64,000 nt of DNA from a virus. Taxonomy: Duplodnaviria; Caudoviricetes. The DNA lies in the IMG/VR virus record IMGVR_UViG_3300021964_000054, positions 582-64,581 of that record. One strand, given 5' to 3'. Position numbers and translations under genes: made by a program. Numbering within the stretch: the first letter of the stretch is position 1; every line of letters begins with the position of its first letter. Shown in pieces: positions 27,984-38,823 of the stretch. The notes under the pieces were generated by a model that was given only the letters and a program-made list of their open reading frames with translations, ran no database searches and was not told where the DNA came from.

Positions 27984-30650
27984 TTATCTAAATGTTATTG
28001 AATAAAGTTCTGCTGCTCCTGGATATGTATCATTAGGATTTGCTCCTCCTGCATTTCTTCTAACTCTTAAATGTAATTGAGTATCTCCTGCAAGACCGCT
28101 AATAGCAGCTACTGTATCTGTATATTGTAATTGACTTGTTCTAGCGTCAACAACAACTATTGTAGTAGTTACTGTTGGTGTAGCTCCAAACACATCAATA
28201 CCATCTCTACCAAAATAATATTCTATAGTCCACTCTACTTGATCTCCCACACCAGGAACACCAAATAACATCCAATGTAAATCTATAGTAATAGTTCTTC
28301 CGTCATAAGCAACATTGTTGTTGTATAAAGGAATCATAGTTGCCCAAGAATCATCAGCAGTTCCTGCATAATTTCTATAGTGTCCAATTCCAACACCGTT
28401 TGCTACTAAAGCTGCACTTTGACCTGCAGTACCAGAAGATACATCTGTGAATGGAAATACCCATCCACCTCCACCTCCACCACCAGGTGTTTGCCAAGTA
28501 CCTCTACCTTGAGTATCAGAAGTCCAAACTTTACCTGCTCCTTCTGTACCATCTACAAACTGAGCTGCCCAATGAGAACCTGCACCTGCATTATTAGCCG
28601 TAGCATACAATCCAATGTTATCTCCTGTACTTGTACCAATAGAAGAAAGAATTAATCCATAACCATCAGTATTACCTAACACACTTTGATTTTGTTGAAT
28701 TACTCCTCCAATAGAATTTCCTGTTGGCAAACCTCCATTAAGACCATTTGCAAAAACATTAAGTCCTATTGCACTTGTTCCTGTACCTACCGTAGCTTGA
28801 CCTAATAAAGCGGTATTTGAAGTACCATTTGCCGCAACACCTGTTATCCCGAAGTTGGTAGTATTGGCATTACCTACACCTGCAATTGCATACCTATCAT
28901 TTACATCATTGTAAACAATTAACTGATAATCCGTAGTTGGAGCAGAGTTAATACCAACAGTCTGTCCATCATCTCTAATCTGACTATCTCCTAACGTATC
29001 TCCATCAGGAGTCCATTTAGGGATATAATTTAATGTTCCTGATCCATCAACGGTTCCCGTTGGTAAAGGAGTTTCAATAGGATATCCATTGGCATCTCCT
29101 ACCCAAGTATTACCATTAGTAAGATTAGGAAGTCCTGCTGTTCTAAATGTATTAAATATTTGAAGATGTCCTCCTGTTGCATCTACTTTAAGTACTTTAG
29201 CTACTCTTTGGATAGCTGTACTTGCCCCTGTTGGTCTAACATTTGTCAAACCTCCTAGAGTTGTTGAAATATAAAGAGCTTGATTAATAACCCAAGTCTC
29301 TCCGTTAGGATTAAGAGTTGTTACAGCATTTGTAGTGTTAACACCTGTCAATCTACCAAACGTCATAATATGCTTAGACTCAGTATCATTAAGAGGTTCT
29401 GCTGTAAATCCAATTACAGGCATTGTACCTGCTCCATTAGCATCTGCTAATTCAACTGTAACTATATCATTATCTTCTCCTACTAAATATACAGGAAGTC
29501 CTTTAGCAATAGTTCCTGCTGTAGATTTTTTACCATTGATAATAACAGTTCCGTGATTTACTTCTTCTGAAGTAATAAACTGTTGAGTAGTTTCATCATA
29601 GTAAGGGTATTTTCCATCATCATTTTGAACACCTAATGATGTGTCAAAGTCTAATGTCACATCTCCTAAATCATTGAAGTTAATAACAGTAGTTGGAGGA
29701 GTTACTGCTCCACCCTCTAAAATATGAACATCATCTAAGAAGAAATCTGCTGTAGATGAACCTGATAGTTTAAAGAATCTTAAAGCATCTACAGTTGCTG
29801 GCAATACACCAAATGCAGCCATAGGTATAGATACTATCTGATATCCTGAAGTGTCAGTTGCATCAAATCCATAAATAGGAAGTGTAGTACCTGCAACATA
29901 TACAGCATTACCAACAAGAGAGCCTCCGTTAAAGAACCCAATGTATAGCCTACCTGTAGTTGCAGACATATCTACCTTAGCTTTCATTTGGAACACTAGT
30001 GTAGATGGGTTAACTATAGTATAAGGAGACGCAGGAGTTAAAATAATCTCTCTGTTTGTTCCTAGTGGTAGGTTTGTTTCAATAGAAACAGTTCCTTGAA
30101 ATGGGTCATTTGTAGATGCAAAGTTTACGTTTGTATCATCTGATGTTCCTGCCCACTCTGTAGGAGTACCTGCATTTTCATCATATACTGTGATTTCAGT
30201 TATTACAGGTACAGTTGCTCCTGCTGGAACTAAAATAGTTGCTAGTACAATCTGAGTAAGTCCATCAACTGATGGCGGCACAGGTACGGGAGCAGGTGTT
30301 CCTGCTATTGTTCCTACGGAATTTGTATCATCTGCATATACAACCCAATATTGAGGGTTTGTAGGGTCAGACGTAAGAGTTACTTGTGTGGCAGCACTTG
30401 TGTATTGAGTTCCTTGAATTACATATACGTGTGTAGTAACATCATATATTAATCCAGAACCTGACCAAGATACATTACCTGAGATAACTATATTACCACT
30501 TCCTCCTGTAATATTGTCTATCTGAATCTGTAACGAATCTATTTCCGCATCTGTAGCAAATGGATTTGTTGTCCCAGGGTTATTAGGATTGTTATTTGCA
30601 CCTGTAAACCCAGGATTGTCTAATTTTCTACTTGATTTAGTTCCTGACAT
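27984..30650 (-). CDS. mosaic tail fibre/structural protein with CBM-like domain
   Basis: Jelly-roll-like YQIVSIPMAAF..FFLDDV; NYIPKW..LGDSQI.DDG; DGTEGAGKVWTSD..G.GTW. Confidence 0.7.
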   Translation of the reverse strand: MSGTKSSRKLDNPGFTGANNNPNNPGTTNPFATDAEIDSLQIQIDNITGGSGNIVISGNVSWSGSGLIYDVTTHVYVIQGTQYTSAATQVTLTSDPTNPQYWVVYADDTNSVGTIAGTPAPVPVPPSVDGLTQIVLATILVPAGATVPVITEITVYDENAGTPTEWAGTSDDTNVNFASTNDPFQGTVSIETNLPLGTNREIILTPASPYTIVNPSTLVFQMKAKVDMSATTGRLYIGFFNGGSLVGNAVYVAGTTLPIYGFDATDTSGYQIVSIPMAAFGVLPATVDALRFFKLSGSSTADFFLDDVHILEGGAVTPPTTVINFNDLGDVTLDFDTSLGVQNDDGKYPYYDETTQQFITSEEVNHGTVIINGKKSTAGTIAKGLPVYLVGEDNDIVTVELADANGAGTMPVIGFTAEPLNDTESKHIMTFGRLTGVNTTNAVTTLNPNGETWVINQALYISTTLGGLTNVRPTGASTAIQRVAKVLKVDATGGHLQIFNTFRTAGLPNLTNGNTWVGDANGYPIETPLPTGTVDGSGTLNYIPKWTPDGDTLGDSQIRDDGQTVGINSAPTTDYQLIVYNDVNDRYAIAGVGNANTTNFGITGVAANGTSNTALLGQATVGTGTSAIGLNVFANGLNGGLPTGNSIGGVIQQNQSVLGNTDGYGLILSSIGTSTGDNIGLYATANNAGAGSHWAAQFVDGTEGAGKVWTSDTQGRGTWQTPGGGGGGGWVFPFTDVSSGTAGQSAALVANGVGIGHYRNYAGTADDSWATMIPLYNNNVAYDGRTITIDLHWMLFGVPGVGDQVEWTIEYYFGRDGIDVFGATPTVTTTIVVVDARTSQLQYTDTVAAISGLAGDTQLHLRVRRNAGGANPNDTYPGAAELYSITFR

Positions 30651-30662
30651 ATCAGTTAATTA

Positions 30663-32621
30663 TTAAGGTTGTACAAATGTAACTACTAATTCACACCCTG
30701 CTGTTGTCGCATCAAAAGTTACGGCAGGCAAATGACTTCCTATTGGAGCTTCCCATGATTGCTCCTCCCCAGGCTTGATTGTTCCAAAAAATCCTGCTGT
30801 CATACTTCCATCAGCAGTTCCTACATTAATTACAGATATAGAAGTACATCCTAATAGTGTGCTTCCTGAGTTACCTATTAATCTCAGTTGACCGCCAAAT
30901 GTTATAAGTGTACTTGCAGCAGGGGTTGTACTTACAGGAACAGGATTAGCACCTGATACATCAACATCTCCTACTTGAAGGTTTGCATTTGCATTGAAGT
31001 TATCATGTACAGTGTTATCTACAGTAAGAGAACTACCATTATCTGATACAGGAACAACAGATGGACTATCTAGTATCACTTTAACTTTGCCATCAGCATC
31101 TGTTGCAATTTGCTGATCATTGGTGCCATCTGTACCTAGTGCTCTGACACCTTTCTGAGAGGCTCCATGAGCAACATTATCTGTACCAATTGGACCAAGT
31201 AACTGAACTAGTGTTACTTCTGAAGCAAAATCCTCAGCGTTAAATGCAGCTAATAATAAATTCAAAAAGTTATTAGCACTAGCTAATGTAATTTCCGTTG
31301 CTGCTCCTGTAGGAAGGGCAGAACTTGTTACATTAACTTCCAACGCTGTAGCAATAAAGTTTAACAAGTCTGTTTGAGCCTTGATTCCTGCCAATGTTAA
31401 TTCAGTGGCAAGTGTTCCAGCAGTATTGTTAAGACCAATAAGTTGGTTTTCTATTGCAGCAAGTGTAACGTTAGCTGAAGTGAGTCCATTAACCGTGTTT
31501 AAAGTGTTTGTCTGAATCTGATCAAGTACTCCATCAATTGTAGTTAATAGAGAATTTGTTGTAGTTATTAGCACTTCAATCGCAGCAAGATCTACCACCA
31601 TTGCATTAGTATCCACAAGAATACTATCCAACACAGCATCTATTGTTGTCAATAATGTGTTCGTTGCCTGAACAGTTGTGTCTAAAGCAAGACCACCTAC
31701 TCCAAGATCAGAATCAATATTTTGTACTGCAGTTTGAATTGCAAGTAATGCGGCATAAGCTTCAGCATCAACAGCAACCGGTGTAGATGTTGCTTCTGGC
31801 TCTCTACCAAATGTGTTAAACTTAGCATTGAGAAGAGCGATATTAGTTTCAATAGTAGCTATATCTGCCGCTTGAGCAGCTAATGTTGTTTGTGTCGCAA
31901 AATCTTTTCCATCCAAAGAAACAAGAAGCAATCTAGCTAACTCTAATGTTGCTTCAGTTGCTCTTGTAGAAAGTGCGACATCCAAGTTAGCCGTGTCTAA
32001 CTTTATGTTATCAAGAACTGTTTTTATTAATTGCTGTGTAACTTCTAGATTTAATCCTGTCGTATTTGTGACAAGTTGAGCTAAGAATGTATTTGGATTA
32101 ATATAACTTATTGCTCCCGTTGGTGTACCCGCAACTGTTGATCCAGGTAAATAATACTGAGGAGTGCCTAAAGTACCTGATTGTGCATCCCAATATCTTA
32201 CCTCTAACCAAGTTACCGGAGTAACATCACTATCAACAACCAAACGAACCTCATAGTCACGCATTGCATCTACTGCAGCAAGAACATCAAGAAGCGTTGA
32301 TTCTGTTGCAAGTCCTGTTGCAGTCAAAGAATTAAGTAAATATCCTATTCCTGTGTTTGCGGTATAAAAATCTTCCCAAGCAGCTACTGAAGGATAAGGT
32401 GCTCCAAATTCATCCTGGATAGCGGTAAAGCTAATACCTGGAAATGACTGAGAAACATTGTTTTGACTGAGCGTTTCTTGGCGTAAAAAAGAAATTGTAT
32501 AAGTTACATCATTTTGTTTCTCTTTGGTAACAAAAACATTTTCACACTGCTCTTCAAAAAAGTTACCCCTAGGGTCAACTATAATAAAATAGTTGTTTGA
32601 TCTATAAATTTTGTAATACAT
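30663..32621 (-). CDS. fibrous structural protein with ATExTL repeats
   Basis: A/T/L-rich coiled segments with repeated ATE(S/A/L/I)TL. Confidence 0.65.
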   Translation of the reverse strand: MYYKIYRSNNYFIIVDPRGNFFEEQCENVFVTKEKQNDVTYTISFLRQETLSQNNVSQSFPGISFTAIQDEFGAPYPSVAAWEDFYTANTGIGYLLNSLTATGLATESTLLDVLAAVDAMRDYEVRLVVDSDVTPVTWLEVRYWDAQSGTLGTPQYYLPGSTVAGTPTGAISYINPNTFLAQLVTNTTGLNLEVTQQLIKTVLDNIKLDTANLDVALSTRATEATLELARLLLVSLDGKDFATQTTLAAQAADIATIETNIALLNAKFNTFGREPEATSTPVAVDAEAYAALLAIQTAVQNIDSDLGVGGLALDTTVQATNTLLTTIDAVLDSILVDTNAMVVDLAAIEVLITTTNSLLTTIDGVLDQIQTNTLNTVNGLTSANVTLAAIENQLIGLNNTAGTLATELTLAGIKAQTDLLNFIATALEVNVTSSALPTGAATEITLASANNFLNLLLAAFNAEDFASEVTLVQLLGPIGTDNVAHGASQKGVRALGTDGTNDQQIATDADGKVKVILDSPSVVPVSDNGSSLTVDNTVHDNFNANANLQVGDVDVSGANPVPVSTTPAASTLITFGGQLRLIGNSGSTLLGCTSISVINVGTADGSMTAGFFGTIKPGEEQSWEAPIGSHLPAVTFDATTAGCELVVTFVQP

Positions 32622-32659
32622 AGTTGTAATTAAAATTGTTTTTCCTAGACCCCCTTCAC

Positions 32660-32669
32660 TATAAGATAC
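32660..32669 (-). promoter_or_regulatory. candidate late promoter GTATCTTATA
   Basis: Copy of 19101-19110 in the only sizeable gap before the fibre operon. Confidence 0.45.
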
Positions 32670-32705
32670 AAAAAACGTAAGAAATATTAAAAGATTATTA
32701 AAAGA

Positions 32706-35700
32706 TTATTGAAGTCTTTTTAATACATCAAGTCTATCAGAAGGATGGAATATGCTTCTGAAGTTTCTAATACCTGTAAGATCAGCAAAATCTTTAACTA
32801 ACTTAACGTCACCTTTTTCGTAAGGGCCTGATTTTCTTGAATAAAAAGCATCTTTCCAAACCTCTTGATAATACTCACTGTCATAACCAGGATCAGGTTC
32901 TTCACCCCCATTAATCATCATCGCCATCCCAAGACTCCACCCGTGATTGACCATTCTAATTAATGTATTAGCTTCTCTCACAAAAGGAACAGCTGTTGTA
33001 AAGTTTTTTACATACTCTGTAGATCCTGCCCCTACAGGGAACATAGACATTGCCTCCATTTTAACACCCCATATCACACGTATCATATTACCTGTAAGCA
33101 TATCTATTTCTTCATCATCTTCATCTTTACGCTTAACATAAGAAAGAAGCATGAAAGAAAGAATTCCTAGCATGCCCATTGCCATTGCATCACGCCTTGC
33201 ATGGTGAACTCTTCTCTTATAGAAATCTCCAATATCTTTTGTTGTGGTTTCACCATCTTCTCCTTTAATTACCATGGTATCAATTCCAGTTGATCCTAAT
33301 TTCTCCATAACTCTAGACCCCAAGAAAAACTCTCCTAGTGTTGCCTTTGCGCCAAATAGTTTCCAAGACTGCATCACGGCCCTCCAGTACCCCAAGGAAG
33401 CCTCACCACCTTCCCAGTTTGGTCTTAAGTACCCAAACCTATTAAGCATACCTGGAACCAAGAACTTTCTAAAGAAGAACATCGCCTTTCCTAGAAGTGT
33501 AGACTCTTTTTGTGTTTGATCAGATTTGGCGTAGTTACCTTGAGCTCGTCTTATTTCTGAGTAAATTGTATTTCTAACTCTATTTTCATCTTCTTCACTA
33601 AAATCAACATCTGCTCTTCTAACAAGTTGACCTTGTTCATTTTTTGCATATGCTTGATGAACCGGCACATAAACTATGTTGCCATCAGAATCTCTTTTAT
33701 ATGTCTTCTCACCTGTAGTAGGATCTACACTTGCTATTTCAGGGAATCTATAACTATTCATTATAGCATACATAACAGTTACTCCAATTTCTGTATCACC
33801 TTTATCCTGAAGTAAGAATCCTAACTCTCCAGGAGCAGTCAGTCTTTCCATACTTTTTCTCTTACGACCCCCAGACACATCCTCATAATATTTAATCATA
33901 TCTTTTTGAAGAGGATTATACATTCTATACAACATGGTTGAATCATGCAAATCGTGAACTCTACCCCAATCAGAAAAATAATTATGAATAAAACCATTGT
34001 AGCCATATACCATCTTCTTTGCCACAAGATAGTCTTCTCTACTATAGAAATCATTTTCATTTGAACCCGCTGCCAAAAATGCTTGAAGATTACCTGCTAC
34101 GTAGTTTTTTGTCTGGTTAGCTAAATCAAAACCAATCCTTACAAATGCTGTCCATCCAAAAACAGCACCGGCAATCTTTTGAAACTCTCTATTTTTTTCC
34201 TCAGAAGTTTGTCCAGAAAGGAACTTTTTAGACTCAAACTCTAAAAGTTTAATGACCTCATCTAGTTCAGCCTTTCTTTTTTCCATGTTTACTTCAACAC
34301 TTTCACCCTTTTCGTTCTCAATATATTGAACACCTTTAGTGGCCAATGCATCTCTTTGCATTTTAAGAAACTCAATTGAAGACTCGCTAATAGGAAGAAC
34401 TTCTTGCATTGCAATATTCATATGAGCTTCAGTAGTCCACTGCATTACCGCACCAATAACATCCTCAGTCTGTAAATCCTCTGATAGTTGATCTGCAAAC
34501 CTGAGTCTTAAAGACTGACCCAAATCACCAAAAACGTTTTCAACTTTATCATGTTGAGACTCTGTGGTCTTCAAGTGTTTATCAAGGAATATGTTTGCTT
34601 GCTTTTTAAATGCTGCCAAGAAGCCATTTCTAGCTACATTCTCTACAAGACTTGATGAAACACCAGGTACACCGTATCCAGTTTTTCTACCTTCAACCTT
34701 TTCCTGAAGACCAAAGAACATCTCTGTTAGAGCATCATATAACCTTTTTATGTCAGAATTGTTTTGTATGTCCAAATACTTTGGATTCATATTTTTTGAA
34801 GGTGACATTCCAGGCGTTATAACATACCTGTTATCACTATTAATCATCAACTCTTTAGGTAAAGGTATTCCATCAGGTCCTTTTATAAAGTTCTCATTGT
34901 AAGCACCAGGTTTTGTCATCAACCTTCCCTCAGCTTTCAAGCTTTCCATCTCTTGAGGATTCTTCTTAAGCTCTTTTATTTCCTCATTTTTTAATTCAAC
35001 TCCATCAAGAGTCCAGTTACCCAACTTCAAACGCTTTAGTTTATAGTATTTAGGATTAGGAACTGTCTCCATATATTGATCTTTTACAGCAGGATTAGGA
35101 ACATTCTCATAGTTAAATGACTTTGGCTGCTTGGTAGGAGCTCCGTGGTCAACTATAGATTTATATTTGTTAACATGATTCTTATTAAACCATTGCTCAA
35201 ATTTTTGTTCCTGCTGATCAAACTCAACAGTTGCTGCAATCAATTCTTCTTGAGCTTTTTGTATTTCCTCTTTGTTACCAGAAGATTTTGCAAGAATAAG
35301 TTTATTGTTTGCACCTCTCATGTCTCGTAATGCTCTTTCTAGTATTCTATATTTACTTGAATATTCTTGAGAATAATTTTCATTTACCTGTCTAGTTTTT
35401 ATAGCTCTAATTTGTTCTGAAATTATTCCAAGTTGCTTTTTAGTTTCCTTATCTAACCCAGATGGAGTTTCTCTCATCTTCTGAATTCTATCTTCTATCT
35501 TAGCCTCTAATTCATCAAGAGCTTTTATTTCTTCATCATTTAAAAACTTAGAAGTAAAGCGACCACCTTGTTTGTGAGGACGCATTATCTTTGATCTTTC
35601 TTCATACCATTCAGAAAGAATCATATCTTGAGATGTAAGACTAAAAAGTTGGTCATAAAGAGCACCTAAATCATCATACCATTCTTGACTAGGCCTTGTG

Positions 35701-38700
35701 ATTGTATTAGCTTTTCTCCATCTTTCATATGATTCTGGATCATCAGCAAACTGAATTTTTTTATTTCTATCCATTGCTCTGAAGTAACGATCATTTGTAT
35801 CATACTCATAGAGCTCATTAAATTTCTCTATACGTCTAGCGTACTCTTCATTTTCTTCAGCAGCCTCTTGAAACAATTTTCTCTGCTCAATGTCTAACTC
35901 AATAAGACGATCCCAGTCTTCATCATTTAAAAGAACCTCATCACCACTAACATGTCTTAAAAGTATCTCTCTTTCTAAATAAATATCTTGAAGCCTGACC
36001 CTTATACTTTCTGGAAGACCCAATTGAAGTTCATAAAAAGAGTCTACATAAGGAAGATTGGCATTAGCTCTCAACCATTCTATAAATTCAACATTAGCAT
36101 TTTCTCTTTCCTTAACCTTTGCCTGCCAAGTGTCGCGTGCAGTTTTGACTTCACCTTCAGATCCTGTATCAAAAATGCTCAAGTATTGAGCTTTGAGTTG
36201 GTATATCTCTTTGTTTAGAGCTCTAATGTTATCATCAAAAGATCTATACGTAGTTTCATATTCCTCAGAGTATGGCTTTGCTAAAAATAACTTGTTCCTT
36301 TTGGAAAGCTCTGTTGCACCTTTCTCCCTATATACAACTTCTCTCCATTCAGAGATAGCATCATTCAACTCTTCTAAGGTGTATCCTTTGTCTAAAAGTT
36401 CTTGTCTAATACTGTCAAACTCCATCATTGCAATATCGTTTACAATATTTCTTCTTGCTGTATTTTCTTGATTTTTAAGCATTTGTGTAAATGCAGAAAT
36501 ACCCAAATCTGAATTTGAAACAGAAGCAATGAAAGAGTCCATTGCCCAAGTTCTAAGCAAAGAATCTGAATTCCAAATACTTTGAGATCCTAGATAGTTG
36601 TTAACACGGGGATCCAAAATGCCATCAATATATTTCTCTAAACTTCTATCAGACCCATCAAAGTCTGAAAGTATTTCCTGAATTCTTACTATTTCAGACT
36701 CTATCTTTTCTATTTCAGATAGACGCTTCTTTCCTTCCGGTCCAATAGATTCTTCAAATTTAGACTTAAAGGTTTTGCTTATAAAAGAATAAAAAGAATC
36801 TCTCAGTCCTGTTAATAGTTGCTTGCTTTCAGAAGATCCTTCTTTAAGCTCTTTAAGCCTTTCTTGCAACTTTAAAAGCTTTGGTTCTAATGCCATCTTT
36901 AAATCTCTTTCAACTCCTTTGAAAACTTTTTCACCAGGAGTTTTAAGAACTTCCATCCAGACTGTTTTTGCAGCTTTCTTAAAGTTAGCCTCAATAGCTG
37001 AAAGCGCAATTCTAATATCTACTAGTTTTCTTGCAGCAGGATTATCTGAAGTAATTGTATTTGTGGGATCATCTATAATCTCCCTCATAATATCCTCTAA
37101 CTTTGAGGTGATTTCAGACAAGGTTTGAGACTTTTGGTATGCCTCAAATATTTGTTTTGTTTGACCTTTTAATGATTTAACAACACCTTTCTTTTTATTA
37201 GCAGTACTCATTATTTTTTCAAACTCTGAGAAAGATTCGTTTGAAACATCATGCATTAATTTTATTTCTGCCTCAACTGTTTCTAATGCTGTGTTAAAGT
37301 TTGCAGCATTTCTTACTGCCTCTTTATCAGCATGCGATGCTGTCCTAATTGAATTTATGATATTCTGAAAAGTATTTAAGCTACTCTTTCTTTCTTTGTA
37401 AATTTTCTCAAGTCGTTCATCTTTTGTCTCTCTAATCAAGGTGTTTATTTTCTGAAGCTGTCCCTTTACAACTTGATCTAAATCTTCAACAAACTTTTCC
37501 ATGTTCTCTTGAGAAGGCCTAAATGAATACGCTTCCTCAGGATTTCTTTTAAGGCGTTCTTGTCTTTCTGTTTCACCAGGAATAGGCATTGCTTTAGAAA
37601 GAGCCTCCTCAAATTGCTTTATATGTTCATCTATTGTTCCCCAAAATGTAGGCTGCTTATAGTTTCTTTTTGCAACAAGATTTACAGCTTGAGCATAGTA
37701 ATCTTGGTTTTCAAAAATATGAATAGCTTGTCCTTTGTATTCGTTAGTGTCTTTGTCAATATCATAAAGCAAGGAGAACACAGACTTTTTGTTAACATTG
37801 ATTCCATTTTGTTGCAGCATTCTATCATACAACTCAAGTTGAACCCTCCAAGTATCAAATGTATTTCTAGGTAGTTTTGCAATATCCTCATTTGTTCCAG
37901 GTCTAATTACAAGACTGTAAGAAGCCTCGCTTCCAAGCTTTGAGAAAGTGAACGCTTTATCAATTACAGTACTTGTACTAGCAACACCTGAGTCAGGATC
38001 AATGTCATTTCTAGACTTGACCATGTGTTCAACCTTTTTTGTCTTAAAGTCAATAATTTGAGCATTACCTCCACCATCAATTAAAAGCATATCAATTCTA
38101 CCAATAACTTTCTTATCATCAACAGACTGTCCAACAACTGTTATTTCAGGAAGCAATATTGCTCCTGTAAAGTTATAGTAGTCTAACTTTTCTACAAGCT
38201 CAAGACCCATCTTAAACATTTCATCTTCAGTTAGATTGATAATATCAAAAGGATTTTTCTTCACATACTCAGCATATCTTTTAGCAAAAAATGCTTCTGT
38301 GTAAAGTTCCTTTAAAGACTTGCCACTTCTAATAGAATCTTCTTGTGCGAACTCTAAAAGTTCGTGCATAAAAGTTCCAAATAATTTAAAAGACTCATAC
38401 TCTTTTGAATCTCCCCTAAACTCTGATTGCCCAAGAAAACGTGTTGCTGCAATTGTAACCTCAGGCTCTGCACCTTTATCCTCTTTATCTATATTCTCTT
38501 TAAGAAAAGCTTGATAAGTCTCATTCATTGCAATAAGCTTATCAATAGTTTCCTGCTGAGCTTTACCGGCTCTAAGTCTTACCCTATCTAGCATCTCTCT
38601 TTGAGCTGCGGCTCTTGATAATTTAAACTTATTTGAAGATCTAGAAAGTTGCTCATCTTTTTCTTGAACCTTGAAATTACTCATGAGCTTATCAGCTTCC

Positions 38701-38822
38701 TCTATAGTAGGTATCACATTACCATTTTCATGGAAAGCAGCCATAGCCATACCTTCACCAAAATGCTCAACAAGCTTTTTCCATTCTTCAGTACTTTTAT
38801 TTGGGCAAGAATTATTTTTCAT
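32706..38822 (-). CDS. giant virion ejection protein with N-terminal PD-(D/E)XK nuclease domain
   Basis: GTFMHELLE, PEITV, GRIDML, IIDFKT, QLELY; C-terminal QGNY..MFFFRKF and hydrophobic helices. Confidence 0.75.
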   Translation of the reverse strand: MKNNSCPNKSTEEWKKLVEHFGEGMAMAAFHENGNVIPTIEEADKLMSNFKVQEKDEQLSRSSNKFKLSRAAAQREMLDRVRLRAGKAQQETIDKLIAMNETYQAFLKENIDKEDKGAEPEVTIAATRFLGQSEFRGDSKEYESFKLFGTFMHELLEFAQEDSIRSGKSLKELYTEAFFAKRYAEYVKKNPFDIINLTEDEMFKMGLELVEKLDYYNFTGAILLPEITVVGQSVDDKKVIGRIDMLLIDGGGNAQIIDFKTKKVEHMVKSRNDIDPDSGVASTSTVIDKAFTFSKLGSEASYSLVIRPGTNEDIAKLPRNTFDTWRVQLELYDRMLQQNGINVNKKSVFSLLYDIDKDTNEYKGQAIHIFENQDYYAQAVNLVAKRNYKQPTFWGTIDEHIKQFEEALSKAMPIPGETERQERLKRNPEEAYSFRPSQENMEKFVEDLDQVVKGQLQKINTLIRETKDERLEKIYKERKSSLNTFQNIINSIRTASHADKEAVRNAANFNTALETVEAEIKLMHDVSNESFSEFEKIMSTANKKKGVVKSLKGQTKQIFEAYQKSQTLSEITSKLEDIMREIIDDPTNTITSDNPAARKLVDIRIALSAIEANFKKAAKTVWMEVLKTPGEKVFKGVERDLKMALEPKLLKLQERLKELKEGSSESKQLLTGLRDSFYSFISKTFKSKFEESIGPEGKKRLSEIEKIESEIVRIQEILSDFDGSDRSLEKYIDGILDPRVNNYLGSQSIWNSDSLLRTWAMDSFIASVSNSDLGISAFTQMLKNQENTARRNIVNDIAMMEFDSIRQELLDKGYTLEELNDAISEWREVVYREKGATELSKRNKLFLAKPYSEEYETTYRSFDDNIRALNKEIYQLKAQYLSIFDTGSEGEVKTARDTWQAKVKERENANVEFIEWLRANANLPYVDSFYELQLGLPESIRVRLQDIYLEREILLRHVSGDEVLLNDEDWDRLIELDIEQRKLFQEAAEENEEYARRIEKFNELYEYDTNDRYFRAMDRNKKIQFADDPESYERWRKANTITRPSQEWYDDLGALYDQLFSLTSQDMILSEWYEERSKIMRPHKQGGRFTSKFLNDEEIKALDELEAKIEDRIQKMRETPSGLDKETKKQLGIISEQIRAIKTRQVNENYSQEYSSKYRILERALRDMRGANNKLILAKSSGNKEEIQKAQEELIAATVEFDQQEQKFEQWFNKNHVNKYKSIVDHGAPTKQPKSFNYENVPNPAVKDQYMETVPNPKYYKLKRLKLGNWTLDGVELKNEEIKELKKNPQEMESLKAEGRLMTKPGAYNENFIKGPDGIPLPKELMINSDNRYVITPGMSPSKNMNPKYLDIQNNSDIKRLYDALTEMFFGLQEKVEGRKTGYGVPGVSSSLVENVARNGFLAAFKKQANIFLDKHLKTTESQHDKVENVFGDLGQSLRLRFADQLSEDLQTEDVIGAVMQWTTEAHMNIAMQEVLPISESSIEFLKMQRDALATKGVQYIENEKGESVEVNMEKRKAELDEVIKLLEFESKKFLSGQTSEEKNREFQKIAGAVFGWTAFVRIGFDLANQTKNYVAGNLQAFLAAGSNENDFYSREDYLVAKKMVYGYNGFIHNYFSDWGRVHDLHDSTMLYRMYNPLQKDMIKYYEDVSGGRKRKSMERLTAPGELGFLLQDKGDTEIGVTVMYAIMNSYRFPEIASVDPTTGEKTYKRDSDGNIVYVPVHQAYAKNEQGQLVRRADVDFSEEDENRVRNTIYSEIRRAQGNYAKSDQTQKESTLLGKAMFFFRKFLVPGMLNRFGYLRPNWEGGEASLGYWRAVMQSWKLFGAKATLGEFFLGSRVMEKLGSTGIDTMVIKGEDGETTTKDIGDFYKRRVHHARRDAMAMGMLGILSFMLLSYVKRKDEDDEEIDMLTGNMIRVIWGVKMEAMSMFPVGAGSTEYVKNFTTAVPFVREANTLIRMVNHGWSLGMAMMINGGEEPDPGYDSEYYQEVWKDAFYSRKSGPYEKGDVKLVKDFADLTGIRNFRSIFHPSDRLDVLKRLQ

Positions 38823-38823
38823 T

